Source: Squalus acanthias
Taxonomy: Eukaryota
Direction of reading: 5' to 3'
Length of the DNA stretch: 64,000 bases
NCBI GenBank assembly: GCA_030390025.1
Contig: CM059432.1
Coordinates: 110,858,001 to 110,922,000 of the forward strand
A program made the translations under genes and the position numbers. Shown piece after piece: positions 11,495 through 23,580 of this stretch (within the stretch, counting starts at the first letter, position 1; each line of letters starts with the position of its first letter). The notes beneath the pieces were generated by a model, which saw only the letters and a list, made by a program, of their open reading frames with translations, did no database searches and had not been told where the DNA came from.

Positions 11495-12934
11495 ATAGAG
11501 TGGTGATATTGGGGGACTTTAATTACCCAAATATCGATTGCGATAATGCTAGGGTAAAGGGAAAGGAGGGGGAGGAATTTCTGAAATGTGTTCAGGAGAA
11601 TTTCCTTGACCAATATGTTCTTGGCCCAACTAGGAAGGCGGCATTGCTGGATCTGGTGCTGGGGAATGAGGTGGGCCAGGTCGACCAAGTGTCTGTGGGA
11701 GAACACACGGTGACGAGTGATCATCGTATCATAAGATTTAGATCAGCAATGGAGAGGAGCAAGGAACAATCTAGAGTGGAACTTCTAAACTGGAATAGGG
11801 CTAACTTCAATGGGATGCGAAAGGATCTAGCCAGGGTAAAATGGAACCAAAGACTGACAGGAAAAACTGTAACGGAACAATGGGTGATCTTTAAGGAGGA
11901 GATCTTCCAAGTACAGGCTAGGTACATTCCAACAAGAGGGAAGGGTAAGGGAACCAAAGCAAGGGCTCCTTGGATGACGAGGGAGATAGAGAAGATGATG
12001 AAACAAAAAAGAGTGTGTATGACGCATGTCAGGTGAATTCTTCAAGGGAGAACCAGACCAAATACAATAAGTTGAGGGGAAGTGAAGATGAAAATAAGAT
12101 TGGCAAAGAGAGAATATGAGAGTAGAATGGCGGTTAACATAAAAGGGAACACAAAAGTTTTCTACCGGCATGTAAACAGTAAGCGGTTAGTAAGAGGCAG
12201 GGTGGGGCCTATTAGCTACAAAGAAGGTGTTATATGCTTAGAGGCGCAGGGCAAGGTTAGAATACTCAATGAGTACTTTGTATCGGTGTTTACTAAGGAG
12301 GTGGATGCTGACAAAATATCGGTAGCAGTGGAAAAGGTAGAAGCAATGGAAGGGGTGAAAATTGATAGATAGGATGTACTGGAAAGGCTGGGTATGCTTA
12401 GAGTAGATAAGTCGCCTGGTCCAGATGGTTTGCATCCCAGATTGCTAAGGGAATTGGGGGAGGAGATAGCGGAAGGGCTTGCCATAATTTTCCAATCTTC
12501 CCTAGATGTGGGGGAGGTGCCTGAGGATTGGAAAGTGGCAAATGTGACACCATTGTTCAAGAAAGGATGTAAGGACAATCCTAGTAACTACAGGCTGGTC
12601 AGTTTAACATCAGTGGTGGGTAAAGTTTTAGAAACAATAATCAAGGAAAAAATTAACGGGCACTTGGAGAAGTTTAAGCTAATTAAGGAGAGCCAACACG
12701 GATTTGTAAAAGGCAGATTATGTTTGACTAATCTAATTGAACTTTTTGATGAAGTATCAGGGAGGATCAATGAAGGGAATGCAATGGATGTTGTCTACAT
12801 GGATTTTCGGAAGGCATTTGATAAAGTACCACATAGAAAGCTGGTTAACAAAATTGAGGCTCATGGAAGCTTGGATAAGGAATTGGCTTAAGGATAGAAA
12901 ACAACGAGTTGTGGTAAATGGCTGTTTTTAGACT

Positions 12935-13055
12935 TAGAAACATAGAAAAATAGGAGCAGGAATAGGCCATTCGGCCCTTTGAGCCTGCTCCGCCATTCAA
13001 CACGATCATGGCTGATCCTCTATCTCAATACCATATTCCCGCTCTTTCCCCATAA
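12935..13055 (-). mobile_element. CR1 3'-end fragment inserted antisense in copy A
   Basis: Reverse complement of the GATCAGCCATGATC...GGCCGAATGGCCTA.TCCTGCTCCTA...TCTATGTTTCTA CR1 tail seen at 37130-37220. Confidence 0.8.
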
Positions 13056-14069
13056 ACTGCAGGATGGCAGACATTGGTGTTCCCCAAGGGTCAGTGCTGG
13101 GGCCACTGTTTTTTTTTGATATATATAAATGAGCTGTATATTGGAATACAAAGTAGAATTTCTAAATTTGCTGATGACACCAAACTTGGGGGTGTGGCAA
13201 ACAGTAAGGATGATACCAATCGACTGCAACAGGACATAAAAAGGCTAGCAGAATGGGCAGACAAGTGGTAGATGGAATTTAATACAGAGAAGTGTGAGGT
13301 GATGCATTTTGGCAGAAGGAACAGGGAGAGGCAATATACTGTACACTGAATGGCACAGTTTTAAAGAGTGTGCAGGGACAGAGGGACCTGGGAGCTAATG
13401 TGCATAGGTCCCTGAAGGTGGCAGGGCATATTGAGAGAGTGGTTAGCAAAGATTATGGGATCTTGGGTTTCATAAATAGAGGTATTGAGTACAAAAGTAT
13501 AGAAGTTATGCTGAATCTTTCTAAAGCACTGGTTAGGCCACAACTGGAGTATTGCGTCCAGTTCTGGTCACCACACTTTAGGAAGGATGTGAAGGCACTT
13601 GAGAGGGTGCAGAGGAGATTTACCAGAATGGTTCCGGGGATGGGGGATCTTAGCTACAAGGACAGGTTGGAGAAGCTGGATTTGTTTTCATTAGACCAAA
13701 GGAGGTTGAGGGGTGATTTGATAGAGGTGTACAAGATTATGACGGGTTTGGAAAGGTTGTTCCCACTAGTTGATGGTACAAGGACTAGGGCTCACAGGTT
13801 TAAGGTTTTGGGCAAGAGATACAGGGGGGAAGTGAGGAAAAACTTTTTTATGCAGCGAGTGGTGAGGACCTGGAACTCGCTGCTGATGGAAGTGGTGGAA
13901 GCGGAGACACTCAATGTTTTCAAGGGGAGACTGGATAGGCACTTGGTGGAAATAAACTTGCTGGGCTACGGGGATAGAGCAGGGGAATGGGACTGACTCG
14001 ATTGCTCTGCAGAGAGCCGGCATGGACTCGATGGGCCGAATGGCCTCCTTCTGTGCCGTTATGACTCTA

Positions 14070-14501
14070 GGGCCTAAAAATTCAGTTGCTTTGTGCCTCC
14101 CGTTAGCGCCCTAACAGGGCGCAAAGCAACTAGCGCCCGGGCGCAGCACCACCAATGCCTCCCGCGAAATTCAGCGGGAGGTTAGCAGCGGCGGTAACTG
14201 TTAGCGCCCCGCAGTGCTGCTCCTCCGGCGATGACATCAGCATCGTTTGCAGCGTCCTGCTTGCGTCACGGCCGCGATCTTCGGTAGCGCCCCGACTTAC
14301 CGCCGGACGCTATGTCCGACGGGGTCAGGGGAGCCTACCTGCGGCCGGGGCGGCGCTAATTAAAGGAGAGGTGCCGGGCGGCCATTTTTGTTGCTGGCCG
14401 CCAATGAATTTCGGCCACAGGGGCACTAATTTTTTCGGGGCGCTAAAAGTAGCGCCCCGACGAAGTTTGTGCCTCAAATGGGGCGTGACTCAATTTTTCC
14501 C
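14070..14501 (-). mobile_element. Harbinger-type MITE (432 bp), TSD CTA, inserted in the CR1 (TATGACTC)n tail
   Basis: CTA at 14067-14069 and 14502-14504; termini GGGCCTAAAAATTC and CAATTTTTCCC; internal similarity to 10748-11494 in reverse orientation. Confidence 0.85.
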
Positions 14502-15394
14502 CTATGACTCTTTCACAGGCATGATGGGCTGAATGGCCTCCTTCTGTGCTGTAAGATTCCATATGATTCTATGTGCAGACAGAGGTGAAGACACCTAGTT
14601 TTGGCAAACAATTACTGAAGGCAGAGGCTCTTCCTACTCCCAAAGGAAGCTGGGAGAGCAGACCAGATGCGAGCATTGAGGAATGTGAGTATCTGACTAA
14701 CCATAATTCCTCAGAAGCATGCCAATGTTTTCAGTGGCACTGTATAGAAGAAGGCATGCCAGGGTGATCGGCAGCTGGAATCGCCTTATTGGCCGTACCT
14801 GCCAAGGTGCCTGCAATAATATCTTGGGCCTTGGGCACATACCGAGCGACCATTGTGGGCAAACAAGATACGGCCCATGCAGAGCTGTGCCAGATGCTCC
14901 GAGGACACCATGCAGCATAGGGAAAGATGCACTGTGACATTAACAGTCATCAATGGCCTGAAACATGCCATCACCCCTTTGCAGGTATGCCACAATGCTA
15001 ACCTACAGGGAGGGTACTGTGGAGTGGCACAGAGGGCAATCCTGCTCGCAAACATCTCATGTCGCATCACCTCCACTTGAACAATCATCAGACAGGGGAT
15101 CTAGAGCTATGTTACTCCATAATTTGCCTGAAGATGCATAACTGCATTTGGGCTACATTTCCCATCATTTTTGCCAGGCATTTCTTAATCCTCTCTCCCT
15201 TCAAGCTTCGCAAGGTTTCTTTTTGGGATTCTTTTAGAGTCTTTCTGAGGGCTTTTAGAATTCCAGAATTTTTGTCACGCTATGGTGACAGCTCCCTTGA
15301 ATTGCCCCCATCAGGTAGATTTCCACACCTGCCACTACTGTGCTCCCTGCAGATCTGTACCTGGAGCTTACATAATGATGATAATGAGCTGCAC

Positions 15395-16080
15395 TCAGAG
15401 AATGGCACCACTCAGCCTCTCGACCACGTTCCACCATTCCATCAGATCATTGCTGAACTATACCTCAACGCCATTTCTCCACCTTTTCTCTGTATCGCAG
15501 ATATCCTTACCTAGCAAAAATCTACTGATCTTTGTCTAGAAAATTTCAATTTTGGGGGAGCGAGTTCCAGATTTCCACTAGCCTTTTTGTGAAAAAGTGC
15601 TTCCTAATTTCACTCCCAACTGGCTGAGTTTCAATTTTAAGATTATGCCCCCTTGTTTTGAAATCCCACACCAGAGGAATTAGTTTCTTTGTTTCTGCCC
15701 TTTCGAACTCTTTGCTCATTTTAAAAACCTCGAGCTTCTAAACTCAAGATAATACAACCCAAATTTATGCAACCTGTCCTCATAATTGAACATTTTAAGC
15801 CCTGTTATCATTGCTGGTGAATATGCGCTGCACCCCCTCAAAAACCAATAAATCCTTCCCAAGGTGCAGTGCCCAAAGCTGGGCGCAGTACTCTCGATGG
15901 GGTTTTACCAAGCCTCCAAACCACTGAAGCATCATTTTGTCTTTCTTGAATTCAAAATGGATGATACTTCCCCACATTGAACGCCATCTGCCACAGTTCT
16001 GCTCACTAACGTAATCAGTCTGTGTCCCTTTGCAACTTTCTGCTCTCATCTCCACAACTTACTGTGCCCCCTAACTTGGA
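15395..16080 (-). mobile_element. Decayed CR1 3' fragment
   Basis: Minus strand LVKPHREYCAQLWALHLGKD...EGVQR, followed by CR1 3'UTR-like sequence. Confidence 0.75.
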
Positions 16081-17026
16081 AATATTTAGCTCCGAATCAT
16101 GACCAGCTCTAGCCAGGTCTTTAAACTGAATCTCTGCACATAACTTGTGTCTTATTTCTTATGTTACATGTGTTTGTGTACAGAACTCTTATTTGTGTAG
16201 CAACTCCCACCCTACTCATATGTCCTGCTGGTCTTTTTTCCCCCCACACTTTTTGACTTAGTGTTAATTTTTCAATTTCACCTTCCCCCCCCCAACTAGT
16301 TTAAAACTTTCCCCGATATCCTATTTACCTATTTCGTACTGACATGGGTGCTTCTCCAACAGAGAGAACCAGCATGGATTTGTGAAGGGTATATCATGTC
16401 TAATGAGCCTAGTTGAATATTTTGAGGAGGTAACTAATGTGGGAAATAAGGGAGTATCGATGGATATTATCGATATAGACTTCCAGAAGGCATTCAATAA
16501 GGTTCCACATAAGAGACTGTTCACAAAAATTAGAACTTATGGAACTGAAGGTAATCTATTGAAGTAGGTAGGGAATTGGTTAGGAGGTAGGAAATAGAAA
16601 GTAAGGATAATGGGTACATCCTCAAATGGGCAGGATGTGACAAGTGGTGTTCCCCATGGATCTGTACTGGGGCCTCAGCTTTTCCCTATATTTATAAATG
16701 ACTTGGATGAAAGAATAGAGAGCTGTATATCGAAGTTTGCTGACGACACCAAGTTAGATGGCACCGCAAATAGTGTAGATGGGAGCAGAAAGTTGCAAAG
16801 GGACGTTGATAGATTAAGTGAGTGAGCAAAACTGCGGCAGAGCGAATTTAGTGTGGGTAAGTGCGAAGTCATCCATTTTGGACCTAAGAAAGATAGATCA
16901 GAGTAGGATTAGAAGGATATGTTGATGCAGTTAAATGATGAAGGGTGTGAGGAGGCTCGTGTGGAGCAGAAACACCAACATGGACCTGTTGGGCCGAATG
17001 GCCTGTTTCTGTGCTGTAAATACTAT

Positions 17027-17690
17027 GGGCCAACATTTGCGATGGGAGGCTACCCATGGGCGGATGCCTCCAACCTGCAAAAAATTTACGAATGTACCTG
17101 GTGGCCCGGGAGGTATGGAGGCTTGCGATCCTGGGGCTCTCCGGGTCCATGTGGGCAGAGCCCCACGTATCCCAGGGACGCAGGTGGTTCGTAGGCACCC
17201 TGGGATCACGTGGTCCGGCCCAACCAATAAAAGAAGTATGTATGGAACTCCAATAAGTATGAATGGGGATCACTTAAAAAATACACCAACACATGAAATA
17301 CATTTTTAAAAATTACTTTTAAAATTAATTAAAATGGCATTTAATTAAATATTTTAAACAAAAATTTAATTTTTTGAAAATAAAAATTTTGTTTTTACGG
17401 GGCTAAAAATAAACTTAACTTATTGAAGAGTATTTTTAATGTAAGTGATAACATTTTATTTTTCTATTTTTTAAAACTCATGCTGGTAAAAGCAGGCCTT
17501 ATGCCTTACGCCTGCTTTTACCAGGCGTAAGAAATTCACAGGCATTCAGCGGGCGGAAGTTGAGCAAATAGTGCAACTCTCCACCCGCAGAGGCCCATCT
17601 CCCGGGCATGCCTATACCCGGAACTTGCGCGGCCCCTACGGGCGCGTACACACCTCGTACGCACCCGTAGGGATTCGCAAAATATGGCCC
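17027..17690 (+). mobile_element. Harbinger-type MITE with AT-rich centre
   Basis: Termini GGGCCAACATTTGCGA and TCGCAAAATATGGCCC; same family as 59642-60295 (shared CCCACGTATCCCAGGG and CCGGCCCAACCAATA). Flanks TAT and ATT are an imperfect match. Confidence 0.8.
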
Positions 17691-17819
17691 ATTGTAATCC
17701 TATGTTTTATTTTCTAAATTGTGATAAGCTAGGAACTGTTATGAAGAGAGATTTGGGGTCCATGTACACAAATCACTAAAAGCTAGTGGACAGGTACAAA
17801 AAAATCATTTAAAAGGCTA

Positions 17820-18153
17820 GAAAGAAAAAAAAGAAAGACTTGCATTTCTGTAGCGCCTTTCACGACCACCGGATGTCCCAAAGCGCTTTACAGCCAATGA
17901 AGTAATTTTTGGGAGTGTGGTCACTGTTGTAATGTGGGAAACGCGGCAGCCAATTTGCGCACAGCAAGCTCCCACAAACAGCAATGTGATAATGACCAGA
18001 TAATCTGTTTTTGTTATGTTGATTGAGGGATAAATATTGGCCAGGACACCGGGGATAACACCCCTGCTCTTCTTCGAAATAGTGCCATGGGATATTTTAC
18101 ATCCACCTGAGAGAGCAGACGGGGCCTCGATTTAACGTCTCATCCGAAAGACA
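17820..18153 (-). mobile_element. 5'-truncated Deu-type tRNA SINE
   Basis: Reverse complement of the body and tail of the SINE at 23581-24037. Confidence 0.85.
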
Positions 18154-18714
18154 GCTAATCAAATGTTGGCCTTTCTCTCAAGGGGACTGGAATACAAAGG
18201 GTAGAAGTTATGTTACAGTAATATAAAGCTCTGGTTAGACCCCATCTGGAATCACTGTGTTCAGTTCTGGGCACCGCACCTCAGGAAGGATATATTGGCC
18301 TTGGAGAGGGTGCAGCGCAGATTCACCAGAATGATTCCGGGGCTAAATGTGCTAAATTATCAGGACAGGTTGCATAGACTAGGATTGTATTCCCTTGAGT
18401 ATAGAAGATTAAGGGGTGATCTAACTGAGGTGTTTAAGATGATTAAAGGATTTGATAGGGTAGATAGAGAGAAACTATTTCCTCTGGTGGGGGAGTCCAA
18501 AACAAGGGGACATAACCTTAAAATTAGAGCCAGGCCGTTCAGGGTTGATGTCAGGAAACAATTCGTCACACAAAGGGTAGTGGAAATCTGGAACTCTCCC
18601 CAAAAAGCTGTTGAGACTAAGTCAACTGAAAATTTCAAAACTGAGATTGTTACGATTTTTGTAAGGCAGGGGTGTTAAGGAATTGCTGAAGACAGTACAT
18701 GTTTCTGCTGCTGC

Positions 18715-18988
18715 TGATGGCCCAGATTACAGATGCTACGTCTGTTCCTAATCTATCCCACTTGGCACAGTGGTAGTGCCAAAAAACATGATAGGGGATG
18801 TCCTCCGTGTGAAGATGGGTCTTGTTCTCCACAAGGACAGTGCAGTGATCACTTCTACCAAAGCTGTCAGGGACAGATCCATCGGCGACAGGTAGATCGG
18901 TGAGGATGAGGTCAAGTAGGTTATTCCCTTGTACTGGTTCTCTTGCTACCTCCCGCAAACCCGGTATGGCAGATATGACTTTCAGAAC
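18715..18988 (-). mobile_element. LINE endonuclease-region fragment (not the CR1 family of copies A/B), inverted
   Basis: REPVQGNNLLDLILT...GRSDHCTVLV...WHYHCAKWD: APE C-terminal SDH motif. Confidence 0.75.
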
Positions 18989-19084
18989 TAAAGGAGTTGA
19001 TAGGGTAGGTAAAGAGAAATTATTTCCTCTGGTGGGGGAGTCCAGAACAAAGGGGCGTAGCCTTAAAATTAGAGCAATTTATTT

Positions 19085-20414
19085 TCACTCCACGTGACAT
19101 CAAGAAACGGTTGAGTGCGCTGGTCACAGCAATGGCTATGGGCCCCTATAACACTCTGGCTGCACTGCTGAAGATATATACACCAGATCTAGCCGTGTCC
19201 TTAGTTTAGATGTTCCAGTGGAGCTACAATTGCCCAAGTATGTCCTGTCCACAAAGTGATGGAAGGAAGCGTTTACATTGCTATCAAGCCACACTCACCA
19301 ATAACCTACTCATCGATGCTCAATTTGGATTCCGCCAGGACCACTCGGCTCCAGACCTCATTACAGAACAAACATAGACAAGAGCTGAATTCCAGAGGTG
19401 AAGTGAGTGACTGCCCTTGACATCAAGGCCGCATTCGACCGAATACGCCACCAAGAAGCCCTAGTAATACTGAAATCAATGAGGATCAGGGGGAAAATTC
19501 TCCAGTGGCTGGAGTCATACCTAGCATAAAGGAAGATGGAAGATGGTTGTGGTTGTTGGAGGCCAATCATCTCAACCTCAGGACATCGCTGTAGGAGTTC
19601 CTCAGGGCAGTGTCCTAGGCCCAACCATCTTCAGCTGCTTGATCAATGACCTTCCCTTCATTATAAGGTCAGAAGTGGGGCTGTTCACTGATGACTGCAC
19701 AGTTTTCAGCTACATTTACAATACTGCAGATAATGAAGCATCTATGCCAGCATGCAGCAACATCTAGCCTTTGGTTGATAAGTGGTAAGTAACATTCGTG
19801 CCACACAACTACCACTTCTAACAGGAATCTAACCACCTCCCCTTGTCATTCAATGGGATAACCACCGTTGAGCTCCCCACCGACAACATCCTGGGGGGGG
19901 TCACCATTCACCAGAAACTCAAGTGGACCAGCCACATAAATACCGTGGCTACAAGAGCAGGTAAGAAACAAGTGGCTCACCTCCCAACTCCCCAAAGCCT
20001 CTCCACAAGTCAGGAGTGTGATGGAATATTCTCCACTTGCCTGGATGAGTGCAGCTGCAACAACACTCAAGTAGCTCGACACCATCCAGGACAAAGTAGA
20101 CCGCTTGATCGGCACCCCATCCACCACCTTAAACATTCACTCCCTGCACCACTGGCGCACCGTGGCTGCAGTGTGCACTATCTACACAATGCATTGCAGC
20201 AACTCGCTAAGGACCTAACAAACCCGTGACCTCCACCACCTGGAAGGACAAGGGAGCAGGTGTATGGGAACACCATCACCTCCAAGTTCTACACAAAATC
20301 ACCTGGTTTGGAAATATAGTGCCATTCCTTCATTATCGCTGGATCAAAATTGTGAAACGCCCTACCCAACAGTTTAATGGAAGTACCCACACGAACTGCA
20401 ACGGTTCAAGAAAA
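19085..20414 (+). mobile_element. Decayed RT-encoding LINE whose 3' tail is shared with a tRNA SINE
   Basis: QFGFR, LDIKAAFD, GVPQGSVLGPTIFS..INDLP, LFTDD; ends in GGAAGTACC...CTGCAACGGTTCAAGAA, also present in the SINE at 45917-46420. Confidence 0.8.
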
Positions 20415-20415
20415 A

Positions 20416-20645
20416 CCAGACCCACAGCAACATGGTTGACTCTTAACTGCCCTATGAAATGGCCTAGCAAGCCACTCAGTTGTACCAAACCACTATGACA
20501 AAGTCACTATGGGAGTACCTTCACCACACGGACTGCAGCGGTTCAAGAAGGCAGCTCACCACCACCTTCTCAAGGGCAATTAGGGATGGGCAATAATTGC
20601 CGGCCTTGCCAGCAACGCCCAGATCCAAAAATGAATTTAAAAAAT
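20416..20645 (+). mobile_element. 5'-truncated tRNA SINE (same family as 45917-46420)
   Basis: Near-identical to about 46181-46410. Confidence 0.85.
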
Positions 20646-21756
20646 CAGTGCACTTCAGTATGGCTGAAAGGTGTCTGAATATGCAACCAGTTGGGATTAG
20701 ATAATAATGTCTATTGTATGGACACTCTGGAGGCTTCATTCAATTGTCTTTTGAAAGTCAACAGGAATATAATTGTGTTTCTTGGTGGTTTTACCCCAGA
20801 CAGTGCCAGTATAAACAGTACCTTAACTAGTATTGTCACTGTCAGTATTGTGTGCTTCTACAATGAAGATAGGCATGGAGCATTACCAAACATTTCTTTT
20901 ATACTGTAACAGTCCCATGACATTATCGGCACAATGACCATGATTATAAATACACAAACACTGTATAATATATTGTGCTGCAGTTCCACTGCACTCTAAC
21001 AAGGTATTCAAAATAGGTCTTACTAAGTATTTTGAAAGATGTCTAATTAGCAATTCTGTTGTCACTGCATGCACTGACCTAGTAACAAAGGAACTCAATA
21101 CTACCTACAGGCTGCTAGCAGGACCCTGAAGAATTCTGGAGGAAGTGATTAATTGGTTTAAACAGCAGCTACTTGCTTGCATTTATCTTCAGATATTGGT
21201 AATTATTCATTCAAATCTGGCTGTCTTTTCAATACATTTCATCTATAATAAATTTGCTATATATGTTGTGCACTCCCTATTTGGGCAACACCATCTGTGA
21301 TACACAGTCACACCTGCAGTTGTATATTTCTACCACTAAATGGAGATTCAGAAGTTCCAGATCTACAGCACGCTGGGAAATTTGCTTTGCCCTGACTTTC
21401 TGTGGACAAAGTCACGGGAAATTCAGTATTTGGCAAAATTCAATGGGAAAAGTTGACAGCAAAACACAGTGGTAAATTTAGATAGAAAAGCATGTCCAAA
21501 GGTCATCACATCTGGAAGTAAGGTTTGTGGACAGGAAGCTCGTGCCCTAGAGGAGTTTTAATATACTAATAAATTGCCATAGCGTTGCCCACAGTCAGTT
21601 GATGAATGTAAGTTTTTTTATGGCAATGGAGTTGGGAGAGAGACTTCAGTAACTTGCTTCACAAAACCACCTAATGACAGAGCGTGTAACTACATCATGA
21701 CAATATACAGAACAAAATTGAATGGAAAATACTGCTACAGCAATATACAACACTAA

Positions 21757-22527
21757 GGGCTAAAAATTCAGTTTTGCCCTTTTTGGGGCGCTAACCTCGC
21801 CTGGGCGCTACGTTTAGCGCCCCGAAAAAATTAGCGCCCCCGCGCCGGAACTTCAGTGGTTGCGCCCCAAGAGGGAAGCAGGGCGCTACTGGAAGCAACC
21901 CGCATCCCTCTTGGGGCGCTGCGAGGGAATATCCTTGCGCTACGTGCCGTAGCACCAGGCGCTGCGGCACATCGCGCCGCGGTATTGCAGGCCTTCCTCC
22001 CCTTCTTAAAGGGGAGGGGCCCTGCGCAGCGCGAACCGGGGCCCAGCTGGGCCCCCAGGGATCGGGAGTGCCGGCAAAAGAGCCCGGCACTCAAGAGAAG
22101 TGCCGGGCTCTTGGAGCGCAGCCGGCACTCCACGGGGGGGCTGCTCAGGAGGCCGGAGACGGCAACAGGGGCAGGTGCTGGCAGGCGGCCAGCAACAAAA
22201 ATGGCCGCCTGCCACCTCCCCTTTAAATATCGCTGACCCGGCCGCACGTACACCCCCCTGAACCCGTCGGACATAGCGTCTGGCGGTAAATCAGGGGGCG
22301 CGTCCAAAGATCGCGGCCAGGGCGCGAGCGGGGTGCTGCGCATGGCGATGACGTCATCGCCGGCGGCGCAGCGGCGTGGGGCGCTACCGGCTGGCGCCGC
22401 CGCTAACCTCCCACTGAATTTTGTGGGAGGCGTGGGTGGCGCTGCGCCCGGGCGCTAGCTGCTTTGCGCCCCATTAGCGCCCTCTTAAGGCGCTAACGGG
22501 AGGCGCAAGCAGCCGAATTTTTAGCCC
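21757..22527 (+). mobile_element. Harbinger-type MITE (771 bp), TSD TAA; near-identical to 10748-11494
   Basis: 13-bp TIR GGGCTAAAAATTC; TAA at 21754-21756 and 22528-22530; differs from the 10748 copy mainly by a 24-bp indel. Confidence 0.95.
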
Positions 22528-23580
22528 TAAATGTTGATATATGAGTGAAACACATTCTTTCTCTCCCTCACTATGTCTCCTCTTTTCTGTATGTTTCTCA
22601 CTCGTTGCACATGCTTATTGCACACTTTTTCCTTCTATCTGTATGTCTTTCTTTCTGCCTGTCTGTAGAGGCATTTAACCTTCTTCCAGTGCCTGTGACT
22701 CCTAATGCACAGGTCTTGCATAATTAATGGTAAATGCAAAATTACCAACCTCCCTCCACATGACGAACTACATCAGAGTCCCACTTTTTCATGGGCCTCC
22801 TAATTTGCAACTGGAATGACGACCTCCTCCGAAGTCCTTCTAACCTGCTAATCCAGATTCAGTGCCTCAGCGTACATTTGATATTTTAAAGTTTAATTGT
22901 AAAGTCCTAGTGAGCACCATTTCAGTTCTGATTGGGGTGGGTTAAAAATGTAGCTCTGTAATCATGTTCAAACATTATGGCTCATTGCCTTTTATTGCAA
23001 ATTATGTAATCTGAAATGTCTCAAACAATGCTTACCATTGGAGGCCTGTCCCTCTCTGAGTTCACAAAGCTTCCTGGAGCTATTCCAGCGCTCAATCAAG
23101 TATCAGTCTCTACCTCCCAGGAAGCATCAATGCTGCACCTACTCCATTGATAAAGGGGTAGAAATTGGTCCACATTTTGCCCATTTTTCAGACAGAAAAC
23201 GGAGACAAGTACCACCAGTTTGAACCTCATGGATGACTGAAATATGTCCTTATTGTTTGTAAGCTCCAATTCCTCCCGCTATTCTGCAATTCAAAAGGGC
23301 CAGAGGAATGACTGCACTAAGGGCCAGGAAGCTATTATTAGAACTGTACATTTATGTTTTTATATATGTACAAAAACAAAGTAAAACCATGAACTTCTGA
23401 ACTTCATCAGGAAAGACAATTTATCATAAGCCTGACAATTCTATAGTAAGACTACTCTTTTAGATATGATGGATGTACTAGATACAAGAGAGTAGAATTT
23501 TCACAGAATTTTCTCAATCTCGCAATAACTTTGATGGTAGATCGACAAAAACCCTGCAGAAATGGCGCTGTTTATCTGCA

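Larger units (their letters stand above)
8751..14069 (+). mobile_element. CR1 LINE copy A: 3' half of esterase ORF1 plus full-length but disrupted ORF2 and 3'UTR, with nested insertions
   Basis: ORF1 SGNH motifs HIGTND and DGLH (8751-9225). ORF2 APE motifs (YVNAQ, GGGVA, YRPP, GDFN, SDH) and RT motifs (QHGF, DFRKAFDKV, FADD). Tail TATGACTC. Confidence 0.95.
16360..18680 (+). mobile_element. CR1 RT fragment interrupted by a CR1 tail, a MITE (17027-17690) and a SINE (17820-18153)
   Basis: QHGFVKG.SCL, DFQKAFNKVPH, GVPHGSVLGP, FADDTKL, ERVQRRFTRMIP. Confidence 0.9.

Noticed and set aside
12216..12578. Conserved antisense ORF present in both CR1 copies (also 54912-55274)
   Set aside because: Expected shadow frame of RT coding sequence in near-identical copies; no independent evidence.
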